Virus record (IMG/VR): IMGVR_UViG_3300020049_007737 | Location: 1-64,000 of that record | Source: a virus | Taxonomy: Duplodnaviria; Caudoviricetes | DNA length: 64,000 bases | Reading direction: 5' to 3' (one strand) | In this document: in pieces, positions 20,171 to 28,984 of the stretch | Layout of the letters: the number at the start of each line of letters is the position of its first letter | Position numbering within the stretch: the first letter of the stretch is position 1 | Position numbers and translations under genes: made by a program | Notes under the pieces: generated by a model | Database searches by the model: none | Told to the model about the DNA's origin: nothing | The model's input: only the letters and a program-made list of their open reading frames with translations

Positions 20171-21103
20171 ATGGATAAATTTGATTTAAAAAAATTCTTA
20201 ACAGAAAATAAACTAACTAAAACTTCAGTCCTAAGAGAAGGTTTTGAAGAAACCAATTCAGAACCATATGACGAAACATATACTGATCGTAATGAATGGA
20301 TAGAAACAATAAAAACTAAATATCCAAATGCTAAACCAAACGCTAAATTTGGGGATAATAGTATTTGGTTTGATAACGGTAATAGAGTTGCTCAGTGGGT
20401 TACTTCGGAAGATGCAGGTAAAATATATTTTAATGTTAAACCATTAGCAACATCTCCTTTTGTAAGTGACGACCCTTCTAATCCACCAACACAACGTAGT
20501 GCATATGGATTCAAAAATGAAGAAAAATTAAAAACAAAAATCAAAGAAATGATTATTGCTGAGTTAACAGAAGAAAACGATGTTGTTGCCGGTGATTATA
20601 ATTTTGTAGCTGAAGGTGAAGATTTTGAAGATGCAGGAGTAGAAACAGGTGAAGTAGGTGAAAAAGACTATGAAGATTATCAAGAATTAAAAAAATTCTT
20701 AAATACTTTAAAAGATACTAAAGCATCAGATGATATTTTTAATTACGGTAGTGAAATAGATCCAAATGAAGGATATGATGAATTTGATGCTCAATACGAT
20801 GAAAAATTTAAATTATCAGAATTTTTTATAGACGAAGCTAAAAAAGACGAAGAAGCACCAGAAGAAGAACTTTCTGATGAAGAAATAGATACTACTATAG
20901 ATACAACAGATACAGGTGAAGATTTTAATGTTGATACAAGTGCAGTAGATCCTAACATTAAAGCTGTTCAAGATGCTTTAACACAAGCTCAAGCAGCAGC
21001 TAAAAGTATTAATGATGAAAAGTTAACACAACAAATTGGTAACACAATCACAATGTTTACTCGTACTCACATTGCTAATACAGAAGCACCAGCAGCAGAA
21101 TAA
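20171..21103 (+). CDS. Acidic hypothetical protein, candidate internal head/core protein
   Basis: Leader 'MDKFDLKKFLTE'; very E/D-rich. Confidence 0.6.
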   Translation: MDKFDLKKFLTENKLTKTSVLREGFEETNSEPYDETYTDRNEWIETIKTKYPNAKPNAKFGDNSIWFDNGNRVAQWVTSEDAGKIYFNVKPLATSPFVSDDPSNPPTQRSAYGFKNEEKLKTKIKEMIIAELTEENDVVAGDYNFVAEGEDFEDAGVETGEVGEKDYEDYQELKKFLNTLKDTKASDDIFNYGSEIDPNEGYDEFDAQYDEKFKLSEFFIDEAKKDEEAPEEELSDEEIDTTIDTTDTGEDFNVDTSAVDPNIKAVQDALTQAQAAAKSINDEKLTQQIGNTITMFTRTHIANTEAPAAE

Positions 21104-21124
21104 TTAAAATAAAAAACAAACAAT

Positions 21125-21298
21125 ATGAACACAACAGAGTTATTAGAAAAAATCGAGTCATTATTAGTAGAATTAAAAGCTGAAAACGCTAAAACTGCTA
21201 AAGCTGCTCATGGTCGCGCACGTAAAATTGCAGGTGAAGTTAAAACTTTAGCTAACGACTATAGAAAAGCTTCAATTGCTGAAGACAAAGCAAATTAA
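21125..21298 (+). CDS. Histone H1-like (Hc1-type) small DNA-binding protein, 57 aa, absent from the ORF track
   Basis: Hand translation: [57 protein letters not shown]; 'KAA..RARK' motif; A-rich leader; TAATG coupling to the next gene. Confidence 0.7.
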   Translation: MNTTELLEKIESLLVELKAENAKTAKAAHGRARKIAGEVKTLANDYRKASIAEDKAN

Positions 21299-22170
21299 TG
21301 AACAACAACCAACTTAAAACAGTAATTAGAGAGTTCTTATCTTCCGATAAGGGCTCTCCTGTTATTGGTAATAAGTACAAAGATACATTCTTAGAAAAAC
21401 GTCAAGAATATATCAATGCATTACTAAAAAATAAAAGAAGTTTAGTAAAACGTTATGGTAAAGATGCTGAAAAAGTATTAACAGGTAGAGCGGTTAAAGA
21501 CGCTAACAAATATATAGAAAACATGAAACAACAAGATATAAAAGAATTAGTAAGAAAGTCTCTAATGGAAAAACCAGAAACCATAGACTCAAAACAATAC
21601 ATCTCAGAAAGAGAAGAAAATCCAGAAGATGTAATTAAAATGGATGTTCCTTTATTCATTCGTATGTTAGAGTATGCTCGTGAAGATGCTAGTACTGATA
21701 TTGATTTACATGATGTTGCTGAAAAAGCAATTAGTTTAAGTAGTGAAGATAAAATATTAACAATGGCTGATTATGATGCTATTGTTGGTGATATGGAATC
21801 ATTAAATGAAGATGATTGGAAACAAGGTGATGATGAATCGGATATGGCTGGTTCACAATTAAAATCAATTCAATCAAACGCTTCTAAATTAATGAATATG
21901 ATTGATAATAATGAACAATTAGATGCTTGGGTACAAGCAAAATTAACTAAAGCTCAAGATTATTTACAATCAGTTAATGATTATTTAGTAGGTGAAGAAG
22001 GTGAAGAAATTTACGAAGAACGTTTCAAAAAAGGAACAGACATAGGTAAAAAAGGTCCTGGATTCGAAAAAATTGCTAAAAAAGCAGGTAAAGCATACGG
22101 CTCAGAAGAAGCAGGTAAGCGTGTAGCAGGAGCTGTTTTACAAAAAATAATGGCTAAAAAAGGAAAATAA
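21298..22170 (+). CDS. Modular hypothetical protein, candidate internal head protein
   Basis: Leader 'QLKTVIRE'; short modules separated by LME/ISE/LNE. Confidence 0.6.
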   Translation: MNNNQLKTVIREFLSSDKGSPVIGNKYKDTFLEKRQEYINALLKNKRSLVKRYGKDAEKVLTGRAVKDANKYIENMKQQDIKELVRKSLMEKPETIDSKQYISEREENPEDVIKMDVPLFIRMLEYAREDASTDIDLHDVAEKAISLSSEDKILTMADYDAIVGDMESLNEDDWKQGDDESDMAGSQLKSIQSNASKLMNMIDNNEQLDAWVQAKLTKAQDYLQSVNDYLVGEEGEEIYEERFKKGTDIGKKGPGFEKIAKKAGKAYGSEEAGKRVAGAVLQKIMAKKGK

Positions 22171-22658
22171 TGACTAAAAACGAATTAAGAGAAAAAATCA
22201 AAGCAGTAGCTTTACAAAACCTAAGACCTAAATCAATTGATTTAGATAAAGGAAATGATGTATCTCTTGATGCATTAAAGTTTCCTGTTTTAGGTAAATT
22301 TCCTGAACTTAAAAAAGTAATTATTAATTTATTAACTCAACAATATGAAATATTTTTAACAGATATTCAATGGGTTGCTCCACGTCCAACAACTTTTAGA
22401 GTTGTACTTGGAAATGGTGAAACTTTTAATTTAATATATACCGAAAGAAGTTGGATAGCTAAAGTTGAAGGTAAAAGATATTATTTATTAAATTTAAGTG
22501 AAGAAGAATCAGCAGCCGAATCAATAGCTAGAATATTATCTTATGGTCTTAAAGAAGAATCACAAACACCTGATGAATTATCAGGAGAGGAACCAGCAGA
22601 AATAAATCCTGAAGATATTCCTGAACCAGAAGAAAATAACCCACAACCAGAAGTATAA
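22170..22658 (+). CDS. Hypothetical protein
   Basis: Coupled ORF; leader '[11 protein letters not shown]'; acidic, proline-rich tail. Confidence 0.6.
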   Translation: MTKNELREKIKAVALQNLRPKSIDLDKGNDVSLDALKFPVLGKFPELKKVIINLLTQQYEIFLTDIQWVAPRPTTFRVVLGNGETFNLIYTERSWIAKVEGKRYYLLNLSEEESAAESIARILSYGLKEESQTPDELSGEEPAEINPEDIPEPEENNPQPEV

Positions 22659-23842
22659 TGGATATATTTGATAAATTTTTTAAGAAATTTGCTTACAAAT
22701 TTCCAAAAGGATATCCTGACATGAATAATGAGCAGGATGTTTTGCTATTAAACGAATTTTTATATAAATTAGGAATGCCAACCTTAGAAGGACAAATATC
22801 AGAAGATAGTCCTGTTTATAATCCATTTTCATATGGGGAAATGACCAAACCAGGTAGAGATATAAGAGCAGAAATTATATTTAATAAAATAAATAATGGT
22901 GAACCGTTTGCTATGACAGATGGTACTGAAAAACAATTAGAATTCAATGACCCTTCTTATGCTGAGTTATTTAAAACTAAAGATTTAGATAAAATAAAAG
23001 AAATTGCAGGTGGTTCTAGTAAGGTTAATAAATTTCCATTTTTTAAAGATGAAAATAGTACTTATGGTTTACAAAATTTATTAAAAACATCACAATTAGG
23101 TGGAAAAGGTAAAGGATCAGGTACTAAAGTAGAAGATGCTGCTTTATCTACATTTAAAACATCAGTAGATAAATTAGTACAAGAAAATAATGGTCCTATA
23201 ACAGTAGTTGTAAATGGTAGAAAATATCCTAACATAATTACAGTAGAAACCCAACAAGGGCATCCTAAATCAGATTTCAATTTAATTAATTCTGATGGTA
23301 AACCAGTAATTTTTATATCTCATAAGAAAGCTTCTCATAAAGGAGCATCAGCTGATGATTTTATAAGATGGGGTGGATTCTCAGAATATAATGATTATAA
23401 TGATGTTATTCAATTCATAGATAAACTTAAAGAATTAATGGTTGATAAAGGGTGGAATGAAATACCACGTGCTGCTAATTTTATTAAAGAAATAGAAAGT
23501 GATGAATTAGCTAAAAAAATTGTTTTTGGTAAAGATTATGGGAGTAATTCATTTGGGAAAGATAATGTTACTATTGCTATTCAAGGAACAGTAAAATTAG
23601 AACCAACTGATGAAAACGGAGTATATAATTTAACAGGAGAACATTATTACTACAACGGTGATAATCCTGTAGGAGAATATAGACCTGTACTTACAGGTAA
23701 ATATAGATCAGATAGAACAATGTTTGGAATTCCTAAATTAGAGACAATTGCACAACCAGCAGGAGTAGCTCACAAATCTTCTAATATTTATGAACTGAAG
23801 GGTGATAAATTTGTTCAAATAAAAGAACCTAAAGTAAAATGA
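22658..23842 (+). CDS. Putative PD-(D/E)XK restriction-endonuclease-like protein
   Basis: 'VEDAAL...PKSDFNL...FISHKK' matches an E..PD..(S)xK catalytic pattern. Confidence 0.45.
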   Translation: MDIFDKFFKKFAYKFPKGYPDMNNEQDVLLLNEFLYKLGMPTLEGQISEDSPVYNPFSYGEMTKPGRDIRAEIIFNKINNGEPFAMTDGTEKQLEFNDPSYAELFKTKDLDKIKEIAGGSSKVNKFPFFKDENSTYGLQNLLKTSQLGGKGKGSGTKVEDAALSTFKTSVDKLVQENNGPITVVVNGRKYPNIITVETQQGHPKSDFNLINSDGKPVIFISHKKASHKGASADDFIRWGGFSEYNDYNDVIQFIDKLKELMVDKGWNEIPRAANFIKEIESDELAKKIVFGKDYGSNSFGKDNVTIAIQGTVKLEPTDENGVYNLTGEHYYYNGDNPVGEYRPVLTGKYRSDRTMFGIPKLETIAQPAGVAHKSSNIYELKGDKFVQIKEPKVK

Positions 23843-24588
23843 AAGATTTAAAAGAATTAATAAGAGAAGTACTATTAACAAATTCAATCAAACCAGATTG
23901 TGGTTGTGGTTGTAAAGGTACTGCTAAGTGTTTTGAAGCGCCTATATTGAATGAGAATTTAAAAGCGCGTATTGTTATGACTGAAAACATGCAATACCAT
24001 ATAGACGTTAAGAAACCGCTATTTGAAACAACTTTACCATATGGTTCGAAAGAATATTTAGATTTATGGGCCGAAGCAAGATACTTATATTCTCGTGGTG
24101 CTTTAAATGTAGAAGGTATTGATAAAGAAAAAATTACAGAAACTCATTTAGGTGAATATGGAATATATGAAGGTAAAAGAGTACCTTTAGACTTACCAAT
24201 GTTAGATGAAGAAATAATTGAGGAAAAAGGTCCGTGCTGGAAAGGATATAAGCAAATAGGAATGAAAGACAAAAACGGAAAACAAGTTCCTAATTGTGTT
24301 CCTATTGATGAAGTAGAAGAAATTAACGAAGCAGAATACCACGGCCGTAAAGTAACTTTAGGCAAACCAATGCAAGGTGATGTTAAAAAGTTTAAAGTAT
24401 ATGTTAAAAACGCTAAAGGTAACGTTGTAAAAGTTAATTTTGGATTTGGTGGTAAATCAGCTAAAGGTAAAAGAATGGTAATTAAGGATAAAAATCCTAA
24501 AAGACGTGCAGCTTTTAGAGCTAGACACAATTGCAAAAATCCAGGTCCAAGATGGAAAGCTCGTTATTGGTCTTGTAAAAAGTGGTAA
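23839..24588 (+). CDS. Modular basic protein, candidate head-associated protein
   Basis: Modules 'CWKGYKQIGMK..NGKQVPNCVP' and 'RRAAFRARHNC...ARYWSC'; leader 'MKDLKELIRE'. Confidence 0.6.
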   Translation: MKDLKELIREVLLTNSIKPDCGCGCKGTAKCFEAPILNENLKARIVMTENMQYHIDVKKPLFETTLPYGSKEYLDLWAEARYLYSRGALNVEGIDKEKITETHLGEYGIYEGKRVPLDLPMLDEEIIEEKGPCWKGYKQIGMKDKNGKQVPNCVPIDEVEEINEAEYHGRKVTLGKPMQGDVKKFKVYVKNAKGNVVKVNFGFGGKSAKGKRMVIKDKNPKRRAAFRARHNCKNPGPRWKARYWSCKKW

Positions 24589-24607
24589 AATATTAATATT
24601 TATGAGT

Positions 24608-24937
24608 ATGATCAAGTTTATAGACCTTATTCGCGAATCAACTAACCCTAACATATATTTAATATATTGTAGAGTAGTTGTAAATGCTGATGCAAGACCG
24701 ATGGGAGATATACTATCAGATGTTAGAGCAATTCCAGGTGTTACTATTGTAGATATAGTAAATGCAGATAGTAAAACACACGGTGTTAGACACGTAGCGG
24801 ATATTAGTTTAAAAATTGACCCAAATCCATTTGAACCATTTAATGGTAAATCATATGGTACTATACTTGATGCAATCAAGAAAATACCATCAGTTTACAC
24901 AGCCAAATATACTTCAACACCAGTTGTAGTATCATAA
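24608..24937 (+). CDS. Small hypothetical protein (ferredoxin/ACT-like alternation); start revised from 24506
   Basis: TATTTATG box at 24597-24604, then ATG 24608 giving the leader 'MIKFIDLIRE'. Confidence 0.55.
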   Translation: MIKFIDLIRESTNPNIYLIYCRVVVNADARPMGDILSDVRAIPGVTIVDIVNADSKTHGVRHVADISLKIDPNPFEPFNGKSYGTILDAIKKIPSVYTAKYTSTPVVVS

Positions 24938-24987
24938 TTTACAGAACAGATTTATAGCCTGTTCGAATTTAAAAAATTTTAGAGATC

Positions 24988-25020
24988 TGTAGCCTCAATT
25001 TTGAAGGCTACATCTTTTTT
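24988..25020 (+). terminator. Intrinsic terminator overlapping a Bacteroidota-type promoter (TTTG..TATATT, 25000-25028)
   Basis: TGTAGCCT-N9-AGGCTACA followed by TCTTTTTT. Confidence 0.65.
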
Positions 25021-25038
25021 CGTATATTAATATAAAGT

Positions 25039-25560
25039 ATGGATAAAAAAATAGTAATTATAGGAGCCGGTGTAGCAGGTATTAACGCTGCTACCAAATT
25101 AGTAGATAATGGCTATCCTGGAGAATTAATAACCATTATCGATAAAGGTAATGACCCAATCAATCGTTTACCTGAGGAAGTAATGACAGGTATGTTAGGA
25201 GCAGGTGGTTGGAGTGATGGTAAATTAGTAGTATCAACAGTACAAGGTGGACAGTTGTCTAAGTATTGTGGTGAAGGTAAAGCTATGGAATTAATGAACG
25301 AAGTAGTAGCTAATTTTACTCGTTTTCACCCTAAACCAGAAGACATTTCGTGTTCAAATCCTACAGTAGAACCTGATTTTATTAAACCGTATTTTGATTT
25401 AAGAATGTCACTTGTGTGGCATATTGGCTCAAATTATCTTCACCTCATTGCTTGTAAATGGTACGAATATTTATTATCGAATGGAGTGAATTTCATATGG
25501 AACACTGAAGTCACCGATATAAACTTTGATAACAATGAAATCGAATTTAAAACAAACTAA
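25039..25560 (+). CDS. FAD-dependent oxidoreductase, N-terminal half (split gene)
   Basis: 'IVIIGAGVAG' Rossmann motif; 'GAGGWSDGKL'; 'HIGS'. Confidence 0.8.
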   Translation: MDKKIVIIGAGVAGINAATKLVDNGYPGELITIIDKGNDPINRLPEEVMTGMLGAGGWSDGKLVVSTVQGGQLSKYCGEGKAMELMNEVVANFTRFHPKPEDISCSNPTVEPDFIKPYFDLRMSLVWHIGSNYLHLIACKWYEYLLSNGVNFIWNTEVTDINFDNNEIEFKTN

Positions 25561-26206
25561 AATTTATATTTACTTTTTAGAAAAAAATAGTAATGTCTTT
25601 TATGTTGGAAAAACTAAAAATCCAAAACGTAGAGAATATGATTGGAAAAGAGAATTTGGAGAAGATATTAATTTTAATTTAATAGACGAAACTGAAGATG
25701 ATAAAAAGATATGGAAATTTTGGGAAAATTATTGGATTCAACAATTTAAACAATGGGGATTCAATTTAATAAACCAAAATGAAGGTGGTGGGGGATTAGA
25801 TAAACATTCTGATGAAACTATTAAAAAAATTAGATCTAAAAAGGTAGGTAAAAAATATAATAAACCTTATAAAACTAGAAAAGATAAAGGGTTAAAACAT
25901 AATAAACAACAAGGTGTTAAAATAGGTCGTCCTGAAGGATTTAAATATAGTGAAGAACTTAAATTACATTTAAGTAACAAAATGAAAGGACATTCAAAAC
26001 ATAGTGAAGAAGGAAAATATAAGTTTGTAGATAATAATGTTTATTCTTTTATTAATATAAATACTAATGAAGAATTCAAAGGTATTAGATATGATTTTCA
26101 AAAGAAATATGGTTTAAAATATAAAGGAATATATAATTTAGTAACAAATAAAGCAAAAACGTATAAAAGATGGAAAATAAAGAATTTAAAAGATTACAAA
26201 AATTAG
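25535..26206 (+). mobile_element. GIY-YIG homing endonuclease with NUMOD3-like repeats, inserted in the oxidoreductase gene
   Basis: 'YIYFLE...FYVGKT..PKRR..E..W...N..GG'; 'HSDETIKKIR' and 'HSEEGK' repeats. ATG 25535 preferred over TTG 25526. Confidence 0.8.
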
Positions 26207-26586
26207 CAGGAATCATTAAAGAAAATACAAATATTCAACATACAATGTACTCAGGAATAACTTTAGAAGCTTGGGAAAACATATGGAAAAATAAAAATTT
26301 TAAAGATAAGGTAACAAATGTTACTGATGATATAGATTTTGCTCTTAATTATTCTTATAATTTTAAAACAGGCAAATATGAAGATGTAGTAGTTGAAATA
26401 TCTAATATTCCCTTAGAAGCTTTTATAGCTTATAGAGAAGATGAGTATAATGATGATGAAGATTTTAATTCTATGGAAGAATTATTAGATAATGAAAAAC
26501 AAAATATAATTAAATCTTATTCGTTATTTTTAGTTAATCTTTATCCATATAAAAATCAAATTACAACTAAGCTAATTCAAAAATAA
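26170..26586 (+). CDS. Passenger hypothetical protein within the insertion; N-terminus resembles the scaffold C-terminal motif
   Basis: 'RLQKLAGIIKE' leader; body weakly ART-like. Confidence 0.6.
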   Translation: MENKEFKRLQKLAGIIKENTNIQHTMYSGITLEAWENIWKNKNFKDKVTNVTDDIDFALNYSYNFKTGKYEDVVVEISNIPLEAFIAYREDEYNDDEDFNSMEELLDNEKQNIIKSYSLFLVNLYPYKNQITTKLIQK

Positions 26587-26589
26587 AAT

Positions 26590-27369
26590 ATGAAAAATAA
26601 AATAAAATATGACTCCCTTATATTTGCAGTAGGCAAATCAGGTATTGATTTTGCTCAACAATTATCAGACGAATATAAATTACCAACCGAAGCTAAAGCA
26701 GTACAAATTGGAGTAAGATTTGAAGCACCACAAAAATATTTCCAAAAATTAATTGATGTATCTTATGATTTTAAATTATATCAAAAACATAATAATGTAT
26801 CTATTCGTTCATTCTGCACTAACAACAATGCAGCTTATGTAGCAGTAGAAGAAACATATGGTGATATTAGTTATAATGGTCACGCTAAAAAAGGTGAGGA
26901 ATTTAGAAACGATATGACCAATTTTGGTATATTAATGGAAATTAAAGGTATTGAAGATCCATTTGCTTGGAGCAGAAATGTAGTAGAAAAATTACAAATA
27001 AATAAAACAGGTTTATATTATTCACCTTCTAGAACACCATCAACAACATCTGAAGGTAATAATGTAAGCGCAACTCCAATTAGTTGGTTAGGATTATTAG
27101 AAGTATCAAATGTCATGAACCCATATTTCGAATATATTACCAATTTCATTTCAGATATGAATAAAATATTTGAGTTTGGTGATGATTGGGGAATGTACAT
27201 TCCTGAGGTAAAATATTTAAGTCCTGAACCATTAGTAGAATATAAAGATTTATCATTAAATGAATATCCAAATGTACACTTTGTTGGTGATGCATTAAGT
27301 GCTAGAGGTATTACAGTATCAGGCGCTCATGGAATTTACGTAGCGGAAAGTTTGGTAAATCAAAATTAA
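26590..27369 (+). CDS. FAD-dependent oxidoreductase, C-terminal half (split gene)
   Basis: 'LIFAVGKSG', 'IGVRFE', 'RSFCTN', 'NGHA' and 'FVGDA..RGI..SGAHG', which complete the HI0933/YhiN-like fold. Confidence 0.8.
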   Translation: MKNKIKYDSLIFAVGKSGIDFAQQLSDEYKLPTEAKAVQIGVRFEAPQKYFQKLIDVSYDFKLYQKHNNVSIRSFCTNNNAAYVAVEETYGDISYNGHAKKGEEFRNDMTNFGILMEIKGIEDPFAWSRNVVEKLQINKTGLYYSPSRTPSTTSEGNNVSATPISWLGLLEVSNVMNPYFEYITNFISDMNKIFEFGDDWGMYIPEVKYLSPEPLVEYKDLSLNEYPNVHFVGDALSARGITVSGAHGIYVAESLVNQN

Positions 27370-27380
27370 TTTCGTATATT
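27351..27380 (+). promoter_or_regulatory. Putative Bacteroidota-type promoter
   Basis: TTTGG-N19-TATATT. Confidence 0.55.
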
Positions 27381-27386
27381 ATAGTT

Positions 27387-27635
27387 ATGAGTAAAAAATT
27401 TGAAGCAAGTAAAAAATTAACAAAAGCAGATGGTACTATTGCTTATGTTTGGGAAGGTAAGTTTCATAATTGGGAAGGACCAGCTTTAATACCTGAAGGT
27501 GATAATCGTAAAAGAGAATATTACATTCATGGTATAAAATATAGTGAAGATGCTTGGAAAGAAGTACGCAGAAATCGTCAAGGATTACCTTGGTATAAAC
27601 AAGCAGCTAATAAAGGAGGAACAAATAGATTTTAA
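27387..27635 (+). CDS. Small hypothetical protein with a 'HxxxGPA' repeat unit
   Basis: 'KFHNWEGPALI...REYYIHG'. Confidence 0.65.
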   Translation: MSKKFEASKKLTKADGTIAYVWEGKFHNWEGPALIPEGDNRKREYYIHGIKYSEDAWKEVRRNRQGLPWYKQAANKGGTNRF

Positions 27636-28159
27636 TGAAAATAGGATTATGTGGTACGGTAAGTGTAGGAAAGACTACACTCGTAAATGCGCTTAAGGAA
27701 TTACCTGAATTTACTAATTATGAAGTAGCAACTGAACGTTCAAAATATTTGAGAGATCAAGGTATTGCTTTAAATAGTGATTCAACTTTAAAAGGTCAAT
27801 TAGTATTTGCTGCTGAACGTTCATTAGAATTAATGAAAGAAAATATTATAACTGATAGAACAGTTTATGATGTTAGTGCTTTTACATTAAGTGCTAAATC
27901 TATTGAATGGTGGATTAGAGAAACATTTGTTCAATTAATAATGCAATTACATAAAGAATACGATGTTATAATTTATGTATCTCCGGAAGGTATTGAGATT
28001 GAAGATAATGGTGTAAGAACAACGGATTCAGAATACAGAGATAAGATAGATAAAGTTATTAAAGAAATGTTAGCAGAATGGACTCCTATCAAATTAATTG
28101 AAGTAAAAGGTTCAACTGAAGAAAGAATAGCAATTATTAAAGAGGTACTTTTCCCATAA
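27635..28159 (+). CDS. P-loop nucleoside/nucleotide kinase-like protein (AAA_28/NadR-type)
   Basis: 'GTVSVGKTT', 'ITDRTVYD' and 'EDNGVR' motifs. Confidence 0.75.
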   Translation: MKIGLCGTVSVGKTTLVNALKELPEFTNYEVATERSKYLRDQGIALNSDSTLKGQLVFAAERSLELMKENIITDRTVYDVSAFTLSAKSIEWWIRETFVQLIMQLHKEYDVIIYVSPEGIEIEDNGVRTTDSEYRDKIDKVIKEMLAEWTPIKLIEVKGSTEERIAIIKEVLFP

Positions 28160-28170
28160 TATTTATGATC

Positions 28171-28983
28171 ATGAAAATATCTGAATTTAAGAAACAAATT
28201 AGAGAAAATATCGTAGAAATCCTGTCAGAAAAAACATATGCAGGACCTGATGCTATTAAAGCAGCAAAAGAAGATACTCATTACAATAAATTAACATCAA
28301 CTGCTAAAACAGACATAATTAATACCTTGAAAAAAGGTGGCGAAGCTGAATTAGAAGAAGGTGAATTAGATGAAATGGCTCGTACAGCAGCTAAATTAAC
28401 TATTGCTGATAAAGAAACAGCAGAAGCTGTTAAAGAAAAATTTAAAGGTAAATGGTTAGAAAAAATGATTGATATAATCATGGCCGCTGGTAGTGAAGGT
28501 ATTTCTCAACCAGAAGTAGCTAAAATGTTAGATAAAGTACAACCAGCAATTAACCCACAAGTTAGAGCATTAACTGCTTCTGGTGTAATAAAATTAACAG
28601 GTTCTGCACCTTCAGAACCAAAAGAAAAAGAACCTAAAGTAAAAATGTTCAAACCAAAAGCTGCTGCATTACCTAAAGACGATGCTCCAGAAGATGTAGT
28701 TGATACTTACTATAAAGCCGATGATGAAGATATGGGTTTTGATGATGAAAAAGAGCCAACAAAAGCAGACATTTCTAAGAACGCAGGTTCTAAATTCTCA
28801 TCTACAGGTGATAAGTATAAAGCTTTAATCAAACAAATGAAAGACATTGCTGACAAATATAAAGCAGCAAGTGGTGAAGAAGCTAAAATGTACGTAGATC
28901 AATTAAAAGATCTAACTAAAGAAAAGAAAAAATTAGAAGCAATGTTGAACCCGTCAATTGGTGACGAGGAAGAAGAATTCTAA
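28171..28983 (+). CDS. Candidate internal head protein with a possible winged-HTH
   Basis: TATTTATG box 28160-28167; leader 'MKISEFKKQIRENIVEILSE'; 'GISQPEVAKMLDKVQPAINPQVRAL' HTH-like segment. Confidence 0.55.
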   Translation: MKISEFKKQIRENIVEILSEKTYAGPDAIKAAKEDTHYNKLTSTAKTDIINTLKKGGEAELEEGELDEMARTAAKLTIADKETAEAVKEKFKGKWLEKMIDIIMAAGSEGISQPEVAKMLDKVQPAINPQVRALTASGVIKLTGSAPSEPKEKEPKVKMFKPKAAALPKDDAPEDVVDTYYKADDEDMGFDDEKEPTKADISKNAGSKFSSTGDKYKALIKQMKDIADKYKAASGEEAKMYVDQLKDLTKEKKKLEAMLNPSIGDEEEEF

Positions 28984-28984
28984 A

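Noticed and set aside
25560-26590. Group I/II intron or intein explaining the split oxidoreductase
   Set aside because: The insert is fully coding with no visible ribozyme core, and stops and frame changes rule out an intein. An Infernal search is needed to exclude an intron formally.
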